A stretch of DNA of 64,000 nt from Haliotis cracherodii (Eukaryota). Each line of letters starts with the position of its first letter. Position 1 is the stretch's first letter. The position numbers were made by a program, and so were the translations under genes. The notes beneath the pieces are model-generated. The model ran no database searches and was not told where the DNA came from. It worked only from the letters and a program-made list of their open reading frames with translations. Below, in pieces: positions 61,501 to 64,000 of this stretch. The stretch covers positions 26,350,001-26,414,000 of the forward strand of contig NW_027266267.1 of assembly GCF_022045235.1 (NCBI RefSeq), in the 5' to 3' direction.

Positions 61501-63978
61501 GATTTTGTGGAATGTTGGTCATAGCTGTTTCCATTGATATCAAGTGTTCACCTTCACTTCAACATATGATACTGACCAAAAAGTATTAATTATGTTTAGT
61601 TCTGAATATTGAATTAATTAGTTATGATTTCAAGGTTAAATAGTTTCTCTTGGTCTAAATTTGTTATTATTTTCCAAACTGCACTTGTCATTCTGCAAGT
61701 GGTAAAAGCAAAGAGAATATTTGCAATTTATCGTGTACACCACAAAGGTATTGGAGTGCAATCTGACTCTAAAAATAACTTGACTTACTACAGGGATCTA
61801 TATCTTCTCAGAGGCCCGTATTTGTTTCTAAGTTTGCAACAAATGTCATTAAGAATTCTCAAAATGGAATTAAAAATTTCTCAATTTCTGGCTGTGAACA
61901 GGTAACCTGTATTTCACTGATAACAGAACCAAACGATAGGAAGAGGTTTTACTGCTTAGTTTTATAGTATTGCATTTAATGCAAAATCAGCAATTTAAGA
62001 ACATCCAATTTTGAACAAAATTATTTTTTTTACCAATTTGCCTGCCAAGGTCACTTAGTTTACAATACTGGATATTCCCTGTCCAAACATGTACAGAATA
62101 GATTTACTCAACAAATAACTTCTATATTCTGGTTGTGTTCAGGGTGGCTGGGCATTGCTACAGAACTGTCACTTGGGACTGGGGTTTATGGAGGAACTGA
62201 TCGACATCCTGGCTGAGGCAACTCAGATGAATGATCAGTTCCGTGTGTGGATTACAACCGAGGTCCACCCTCACTTCCCCATCAGCTTGTTACAGGTAAT
62301 GGCACATGATACAGAGAAATAAACTGACATTGAAAATCTGCCCAGTATTGGTAACATGGAGCATCCCTAAAGCGTATCAGCATGCTGGAAGTAATATCAC
62401 ATGATATTGATAATATATTAATTGTACTTGCCCTGAAGACACCTTTAACTCTGGGCAAACATATTCCCCCTCAGGGCATCTTAACGCTGAGCAAACACAT
62501 TTTCCTTCTTAGGACGCCTTAAATACTGGGCAAACATGTTCCTTCTTAGGATACCTTTAACACTGGGCAAACCAGTTAGCTGGAAAAAAAAGAATTGGTT
62601 CTCAGGCAACAGCTTTTGAAAATATCGTGCGGGCGGGCGGCTTTTTTGTTTTTGTTTTTTGGGGTTGTGTACAAACTAGTAAGAATCCAAATCTGTATAT
62701 CGCTGTTTAATTACACTGTCTGGTTGTAAAAAGAGCTATAATATTTCTGGACTTATGTTGGTAATCTATTTTATTAATCTTATTCAACATTTCATTCAAT
62801 AGTGTTTCAATTCAATTTGGCGAAATCGTATGTGAAGTGATCGGAAGATCGCACAACTGACCGTTATTTACAGCAACCACGGTCATATTGACGCCTTGAA
62901 ACAAACTTTAGTGGATAGAGAATGGATATATATATCATAAATGCCGTACATTGAATCGCTGAAAGTCATATTTGTGGACGTTTGACTATTATATGTCAAC
63001 ATAAAGTTTTGCAATCGCGGCCGCGGGAGCATCGACAGTGATTGGTCAAATAGATTCCGAGAAACACTTGTACAGCTGATTGCTACTCTCGATTCCCCAG
63101 ACAAGACACACGGGAATCTTAATCTCTGCATATAAAACAATGCCAATCAGAACAGGAAATACAATTTAATCAGTAAATCATCATGTCTAGTGATATTTTA
63201 TCTCAAATTTCAAATTTGTATTGATTTCACTGAAAGGATAGGATGTAATTTTTTTCTGCGGAAGACAAACATGTTTTTATTGCAAATGTAGGGATTGTGT
63301 ATGCGCTGGTGACGTGCTTCATTCAGATTCGCTCTGAAGACGGTGTATACATATCAGCATCATTTTCCCGCTTATTTTATAAGACAAATAAATATGTAAA
63401 TCTTAACCTCTGCGCATGAAACATTGTCCCACATACAGTACACAGATACCATAGAAATTTGTAAATCATCATGTCTAGTGATGTCTTATTGCAAATTTCA
63501 TGTTTTCATTGATCAAATATGCAAACGGAAAAAAAAGCACACTCCTATTACCCTCATAACCATAACACACACAATGGGCAGTAAAGCAGTGCGCATGAGA
63601 AAGGAGTAACTGCACACTATATTGGATAGCTCAGGACTTCTTAACCACTGTGCAGACTGGCTTAGACATAACACATTTTTAACATTTGACAAATTTGTTC
63701 TAGTGAGTGCAAATATCTTTGGCTGATAATGTCAACCTACTCGAATGATTACAACAGACATTGTTTGCAATGTTCTAAGAGTCAGTTGAAATAAATTTAT
63801 TCCATTCACTTTGTGTTTACAGATCTCGATCAAGTTCACCAATGAGCCTCCTCAGGGAATTAAAGCTGGCTTGAAGAGAACCTATGCTGGTATCACTCAA
63901 GACTTCCTTGATGTGTCTAGTCTCCCACAATGGAGACCCATTCTCTATGGCGTGTCCTTCCTTCACACTGTTGTACAG
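1417..63978 (+). CDS. DNAH5: Axonemal dynein heavy chain, outer-arm gamma type (DNAH5/DNAH8-like); partial multi-exon gene, 33 exons in window, both ends outside
   Basis: 33 GT-AG exons join phase-consistently (4970 nt). Motifs: AAA3 P-loop GEQGTAKT (typical of DNAH5/8), [22 protein letters not shown]4 P-loop [36 protein letters not shown]5 [12 protein letters not shown]6 [21 protein letters not shown]5 vs DNAH8 paralog not resolved. Confidence 0.96.
1875..2497 (+). mobile_element. pearl/CvA (HINE)-type non-autonomous element with ~157-bp internal tandem repeats
   Basis: gaagcat units at 1942/2098/2256; 3' end atgagcgatacagtccctatgggcctcttgtt resembles the mollusc pearl-type terminal palindrome. 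Confidence 0.65.
2603..3882 (+). mobile_element. pearl/HINE-type element (GTCC microsatellite head, gccac-atta-gtggc 3' hairpin), interrupted by the insert at 2900-3856
   Basis: ttattatccccc..ctgtccgtccgtctgtcacatttcgtttccgg head; core ggtgccttttgctatt shared with 11750-12000, 17965-18560, 32755-32960, 38730-39245, 55645-55858. Confidence 0.65.
2900..3856. mobile_element. Hairpin-ended non-autonomous DNA element (Crypton-like by inference)
   Basis: IR agaggttatca 2902-2912 / tgataacctct 2981-2991; 14-bp IR tttatcatataatg 2991-3004 / 3843-3856; CpG-richer than flanks. Confidence 0.5.
4031..4165 (+). CDS. DNAH5: Dynein HC exon w2 (AAA3 Walker A GEQGTAKT)
   Basis: ctccag|GCA ... CAG|gtgaga, 135 nt. 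Confidence 0.95.
4756..4878 (+). CDS. DNAH5: Dynein HC exon w3 ([10 protein letters not shown]...FVDDINMP...WGDQ)
   Basis: gtcag|AGA ... CAG|gtcagt, 123 nt. Confidence 0.95.
5202..5470 (+). mobile_element. tRNA-derived SINE family B (V-domain-like)
   Basis: A box tggcccagtcgtctaag, B box gttcgaatcc, ctttcctcccac; homologous to 35507-35803. Confidence 0.82.
5888..6101 (+). CDS. DNAH5: Dynein HC exon w4 (VTNEITRQ...[17 protein letters not shown])
   Basis: ggcag|GTA ... G|gtaaat, 214 nt. Confidence 0.95.
6707..6865. mobile_element. ~155-bp MITE with CAG..CTG termini (family M1)
   Basis: Copies also at 21073-21227, 24689-24840, 26592-26750, 42634-42944, 54860-55016; actagtcc/ggactagt subterminal repeats. 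Confidence 0.75.
6878..7042 (+). mobile_element. tRNA-derived SINE family C, decayed
   Basis: gtagcctagagg head, tgtgaagcc..atttctggtgt, ggaatattgc..aaagtggtgtaaaac tail; second relic 32593-32745. Confidence 0.6.
7128..7265. repeat. ~20-bp degenerate tandem repeat (atcttgaaatttcaagttagt)
   Basis: About six ttgaaat units; flanked by the IR catacggaagcc / ggcttccgtgg. Confidence 0.7.
7354..7460 (+). CDS. DNAH5: Dynein HC exon w5 (IIGEGYF...LWQQTK)
   Basis: tttcag|GT ... AAG|gtacct, 107 nt, phases match neighbours. Confidence 0.92.
7462..10335 (+). mobile_element. DIRS1-like retrotransposon, copy 1 (decayed, 3'-truncated)
   Basis: Left ITR homologous to copies 2/3; gag Cys-knuckle [19 protein letters not shown]; [22 protein letters not shown]; RNase [11 protein letters not shown]; stops and frameshifts. 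Confidence 0.85.
10521..10686 (+). mobile_element. Penelope-like pLTR fragment with inverted 5' arm and decayed hammerhead motif
   Basis: Homologous to 53494-53692; arms 10521-10550 / 10625-10654; aacattg on both flanks. Confidence 0.65.
10889..11052 (+). CDS. DNAH5: Dynein HC exon w6 ([25 protein letters not shown]...RVIADR)
   Basis: ttacag|ATC ... AG|gtatac; read by hand, ORF track shows another frame. Confidence 0.95.
12931..13123 (+). CDS. DNAH5: Dynein HC exon w7 ([10 protein letters not shown]...YFVDFLR...APKVYEK)
   Basis: ctacag|A ... AAG|gttgtt, 193 nt. Confidence 0.93.
13822..13944 (+). CDS. DNAH5: Dynein HC exon w8 (IPSYDFL...[15 protein letters not shown])
   Basis: ctgcag|ATT ... 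AAG|gtaagg; not in ORF track. Confidence 0.94.
13993..14319. mobile_element. Tc1/mariner-pogo (Tigger-like) MITE
   Basis: TA|ccgtattcgacttaataagcgc...gcgcttattatgttgaatacgg|TA; 5' half repeated at 60361-60540. Confidence 0.8.
14684..17175 (+). mobile_element. DIRS1-like retrotransposon of a second family (decayed, internally deleted)
   Basis: ITR gcttatctcttctca..aaggtagtgg (~14718-14742) vs ccactacctt..tgagaagagataagc (~17102-17133); ICR-like 16870-16928; [11 protein letters not shown]; RNase [24 protein letters not shown]; MT-like VDLFA/HAFPP; recombinase N-terminus [10 protein letters not shown]. Confidence 0.85.
17254..17384 (+). CDS. DNAH5: Dynein HC exon w9 (AAA4 Walker [10 protein letters not shown])
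   Basis: attcag|ATT ... AG|gtgggt, 131 nt. Confidence 0.95.
17965..18560 (+). mobile_element. pearl/HINE-type element with (GTCC/GTCT)n head and ~160-bp internal repeats
   Basis: ggggatatag head, ctgtccatctgtctgt, three ggtgcc/ttttgctattta..ccatggcaacaa units. Confidence 0.65.
19819..20081 (+). mobile_element. SINE family A copy (Meta-domain-like core tgcttgtcgtaa.aggcgac, AAAC/AACC tail)
   Basis: Repeated at 1-160 and 42282-42540; decayed copies near 13150, 14410, 19490, 22400, 27750, 28770, 43490, 46920, 50770, 58975 (+) and 31920, 32350 (-). The Meta assignment is from recollection of the mollusc SINE core. Confidence 0.8.
21432..21585 (+). CDS. DNAH5: Dynein HC exon w10 ([12 protein letters not shown]...LSSGE)
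   Basis: tatag|G ... GAG|gtatgt, 154 nt. Confidence 0.95.
21660..21888 (+). mobile_element. SINE family B, decayed copy
   Basis: gattatgtttctaagtttgtcagcaccatacc and (ACTC)n tail; another relic at ~13555-13760. Confidence 0.7.
22198..22362 (+). CDS. DNAH5: Dynein HC exon w11 (VSNLFARDE...[10 protein letters not shown])
   Basis: gatag|GTT ... CCA|gtaagt, 165 nt. Confidence 0.95.
22698..26880 (+). mobile_element. DIRS1-like retrotransposon, copy 2 (both ITRs and ICR, decayed ORFs)
   Basis: Left ITR 22698-~22900, right ITR ~26500-26880 (split by a MITE), ICR ~26350-26430; gag [14 protein letters not shown]; [24 protein letters not shown]; tyrosine recombinase [20 protein letters not shown]. 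Confidence 0.9.
27281..27507 (+). CDS. DNAH5: Dynein HC exon w12 ([24 protein letters not shown]...EYFQR)
   Basis: tatag|GTA ... AG|gtgaca, 227 nt. Confidence 0.95.
28918..29140 (+). CDS. DNAH5: Dynein HC exon w13 ([13 protein letters not shown]..., start of stalk CC1)
   Basis: catag|G ... AAG|gtaaga, 223 nt. Confidence 0.95.
29752..29875. repeat. Interspersed repeat fragment (aattggaa.tgaataaaactgac...gcaggaccagctacaaact)
   Basis: Also at ~4240-4345 and ~17473-17590. Confidence 0.65.
30158..30334 (+). CDS. DNAH5: Dynein HC exon w14 (stalk CC1, ...[14 protein letters not shown])
   Basis: atcaag|GTG ... CAG|gtgggt, 177 nt. Confidence 0.93.
30585..30692. mobile_element. Palindromic PIF/Harbinger-like MITE
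   Basis: cag|ggccc..cacaaagcgatcttagcgct...agcgctaagatcgctttgtg..gggcc|cag; second copy 31481-31588; fragments near 11160 and 44125. Confidence 0.7.
31709..31876 (+). CDS. DNAH5: Dynein HC exon w15 (microtubule-binding domain)
   Basis: atccag|ACA ... AAG|gtatga, 168 nt. Confidence 0.95.
33283..33824. mobile_element. hAT-like MITE, 14-bp TIR CAGGCCTCAAAGTT, 5-bp TSD ATGTT
   Basis: atgtt|caggcctcaaagtt...aactttgaggcctg|atgtt; subterminal gtagcca/gtcgc repeats. Confidence 0.82.
33961..34176 (+). CDS. DNAH5: Dynein HC exon w16 (MTBD/CC2, ...NREVLPLK)
   Basis: ttacag|CTT ... AAG|gtgtgt, 216 nt. Confidence 0.95.
35007..35144 (+). CDS. DNAH5: Dynein HC exon w17 (stalk CC2, ANLAKQ...MKEKQ)
   Basis: tttcag|GCT ... 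CAG|gtaata, 138 nt. Confidence 0.94.
35215..38603 (+). mobile_element. DIRS1-like retrotransposon, copy 3 (both ITRs and ICR, pol/YR largely deleted)
   Basis: ITRs 35215-35412 / 38392-38575; ICR ~38248-38322; gag CKKCG..CMRC with internal cccagccgacc repeats 36430-36830; [41 protein letters not shown]. Confidence 0.9.
35507..35803 (+). mobile_element. tRNA-derived SINE family B, full-length young copy inserted in DIRS copy 3
   Basis: A/B boxes, (ACTC)n tail, 13-bp TSD TCAAATAGTTTTC at 35494-35506 and 35804-35816. Confidence 0.9.
38730..39245 (+). mobile_element. pearl/HINE-type element, three internal repeats
   Basis: gaagtggtgccttttgctatt units near 38820, 38997, 39156. Confidence 0.62.
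39656..39783 (+). CDS. DNAH5: Dynein HC exon w18 (ELMDDAESC...[10 protein letters not shown])
   Basis: cttaag|GAA ... AG|gtagtc; not in ORF track. Confidence 0.93.
39898..40467. mobile_element. hAT-like MITE (TIR CAGGGTTTGCCC) containing a SINE B copy
   Basis: ctctagat(t)|cagggtttgccc...gggcaaaccctg|ctctagat. Confidence 0.78.
40074..40187 (+). mobile_element. SINE family B, 5'-truncated copy
   Basis: Near-identical to the 3' end of the 35507 copy; TSD TCTTTCTGAT 40064-40073 / 40188-40197. Confidence 0.88.
41019..41187 (+). CDS. DNAH5: Dynein HC exon w19 ([23 protein letters not shown]...)
   Basis: tgtcag|A ... ACT|gtaagt; not in ORF track. Confidence 0.94.
42282..42540 (+). mobile_element. 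SINE family A copy
   Basis: ccgtgaagatctgggttagaataggtcttcagc...cttgtcgtaagaggcgactga...aaacaaac tail. Confidence 0.8.
42739..42872 (-). mobile_element. Penelope-like pLTR fragment inserted in an M1 MITE
   Basis: 12-bp TSD cctttttaaggt 42727-42738 / 42873-42884; minus strand has ccgaaacattc..aataaagaagtt..cacttctaaatgcctttcaaa, resembling the 3' end of 53494-53692. Confidence 0.55.
43098..43253 (+). CDS. DNAH5: Dynein HC exon w20 (AAA5: [16 protein letters not shown]...LLIDPQGQG)
   Basis: tttcag|ATT ... CAG|gtaagt, 156 nt. Confidence 0.95.
45551..45706 (+). CDS. DNAH5: Dynein HC exon w21 ([15 protein letters not shown]...[13 protein letters not shown])
   Basis: ctgcag|GTG ... AAG|gtaagt; not in ORF track. 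Confidence 0.95.
46186..46275 (+). CDS. DNAH5: Dynein HC exon w22 (VKVGDKE...[12 protein letters not shown])
   Basis: tttcag|GTG ... GAA|gtaagc, 90 nt. Confidence 0.94.
47068..47539. mobile_element. hAT-like MITE with 5-bp TSD CACTG, inserted in a SINE A copy
   Basis: cactg|cagggttcctaca...tgtatgaacctg|cactg; cttgaa subterminal repeats; SINE A resumes afterwards. Confidence 0.78.
47659..47751 (+). CDS. DNAH5: Dynein HC exon w23 ([22 protein letters not shown]...)
   Basis: ttgcag|GTG ... AGT|gtaaga; not in ORF track. Confidence 0.94.
48239..48610. repeat. Minisatellite of 25- and 33-bp units (core cctacagatagcctagtcatgg)
   Basis: 13 unit starts, spacing 33,25,25,33,33,25,25,33,33,25,25,33. 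Confidence 0.9.
48819..48923 (+). CDS. DNAH5: Dynein HC exon w24 (buttress, ELEAER...LYKLTSTK)
   Basis: ctacag|GAG ... AAG|gtagct, 105 nt. Confidence 0.93.
48901..49344 (+). repeat. 77-bp tandem repeat (~5.7 copies) comprising the 3' end of exon w24 and its splice donor
   Basis: Units start 48901, 48978, 49060, 49137, 49214, 49291 (tgtacaagctg...). Confidence 0.92.
49340..49664 (-). mobile_element. Mariner transposon 5' relic (TIR plus N-terminal HTH of transposase)
   Basis: Minus strand TA+AGGGCTGGTCAAAAAG terminus; [34 protein letters not shown] resembles the mariner HTH. Confidence 0.7.
49880..50018 (+). CDS. DNAH5: Dynein HC exon w25 ([10 protein letters not shown]...AREEFRP)
   Basis: ctacag|GGG ... 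G|gtttgt, 139 nt. Confidence 0.94.
51413..51527 (+). CDS. DNAH5: Dynein HC exon w26 ([12 protein letters not shown]...MYQISLNQF)
   Basis: tttcag|TG ... AG|gtcagt, 115 nt. Confidence 0.94.
53494..53692 (+). mobile_element. Penelope-like pLTR fragment with 68-bp inverted arms
   Basis: Arms 53494-53561 / 53589-53656 (1 mismatch); contains ttgacaac-ggtata-aggatc-tatacc-gaaacgtc. Confidence 0.7.
53569..53606 (+). ncRNA. Putative minimal type-I hammerhead ribozyme variant (U3:A8 core, palindromic ACGU stem III)
   Basis: gc-UUGACAA-c-GGUAUA(aggauc)UAUACC-GAAA-CG-UC-gc matches hammerhead topology; activity untested. Confidence 0.55.
53918..54108 (+). CDS. DNAH5: Dynein HC exon w27 (SEKSP...[11 protein letters not shown]...FIKG)
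   Basis: tttcag|A ... G|gtaaac, 191 nt. Confidence 0.95.
54291..54725. mobile_element. MITE with TIR caaagctacagataa/ttatctgcagctttg
   Basis: 3' two-thirds repeated at ~28192-28488. Confidence 0.7.
54860..55016. mobile_element. MITE family M1 copy with 5-bp TSD GTTTG
   Basis: gtttg|cagtgttagaaac...tttctatcgctg|gtttg. Confidence 0.78.
55450..55571 (+). CDS. DNAH5: Dynein HC exon w28 (GAALDLN...[11 protein letters not shown])
   Basis: tgaaag|GT ... CAG|gtgagt; not in ORF track. Confidence 0.93.
55865..56824. mobile_element. Hairpin-ended non-autonomous DNA element (Crypton-like by inference)
   Basis: 170-nt imperfect palindrome 56655-56824; CpG-rich interior with gacgttcata repeats; starts where a HINE-type element breaks off. 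Confidence 0.55.
56880..58225 (+). pseudogene. Decayed AP-endonuclease domain, probably the C-terminus of a Helitron/Helentron
   Basis: [47 protein letters not shown] in order; frameshifted and split by a MITE; no RT seen downstream. Confidence 0.7.
57232..57920. mobile_element. GC-rich PIF/Harbinger-like MITE
   Basis: tta|aggccccattacacagg...cctgtgtaaaggcccca|tta; internal gaggca/tgcctc and ggtcgc repeats. Confidence 0.7.
59215..59333 (+). CDS. DNAH5: Dynein HC exon w29 ([13 protein letters not shown]...FRKLMLIR)
   Basis: ctccag|GTT ... AG|gtaggt; not in ORF track. Confidence 0.94.
60029..60231 (+). CDS. DNAH5: Dynein HC exon w30 (SWCPDRT...[12 protein letters not shown])
   Basis: tggtag|G ... 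G|gtgagt, 203 nt. Confidence 0.94.
61330..61403 (+). CDS. DNAH5: Dynein HC exon w31 (AAA6: [13 protein letters not shown])
   Basis: tttcag|AT ... AGT|gtgagt, 74 nt. Confidence 0.94.
62143..62295 (+). CDS. DNAH5: Dynein HC exon w32 ([11 protein letters not shown]...FRVWITTE...LLQ)
   Basis: gttcag|GGT ... CAG|gtaatg; not in ORF track. Confidence 0.95.
62430..62572. repeat. ~37-bp degenerate tandem repeat x4 (cctttaacactgggcaaaca...)
   Basis: Four tg(g/a)gcaaac units. Confidence 0.75.
63823..63978 (+). CDS. DNAH5: Dynein HC exon w33 ([21 protein letters not shown]...FLHTVVQ)
   Basis: ttacag|ATC ... CAG|gtaatg; not in ORF track. Confidence 0.95.
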
Positions 63979-64000
63979 GTAATGTAATTAATTGTTACCG

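Noticed and set aside
1417-63978. Dynein pseudogene or non-canonical introns
   Set aside because: All 32 internal introns are GT-AG, phases match, and no in-frame stop was seen in the exons

Overview
AT-rich eukaryotic (metazoan) genomic DNA. The SINE/MITE content resembles gastropod molluscs such as abalone; this is an inference. The whole window is the interior of one + strand gene, an axonemal outer-arm gamma-type dynein heavy chain (DNAH5/DNAH8 family). I traced 33 GT-AG exons by hand (1417..63978, 4970 coding nt). They join phase-consistently, with no stop seen, from just before AAA3 through AAA4, stalk/MTBD and AAA5 into AAA6. Several exons are absent from the ORF track or appear there in the wrong frame, and most track ORFs are spurious. 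The introns are packed with decayed mobile elements: four sense-oriented DIRS tyrosine-recombinase retrotransposons (three with ITR+ICR termini), three SINE families sharing a 3' tail, pearl/HINE-type elements, a Helitron-type AP-endonuclease relic, a mariner relic, Harbinger, pogo and hAT-like MITEs (several with 5-bp TSDs), hairpin-ended elements and minisatellites. Most notable: (i) Penelope-type inserts carrying a non-canonical minimal hammerhead-ribozyme motif (U3:A8 covariant core); (ii) a DIRS terminal repeat that forms an intron 5' splice site; (iii) a tandem array that multiplied an exon end plus its splice donor.
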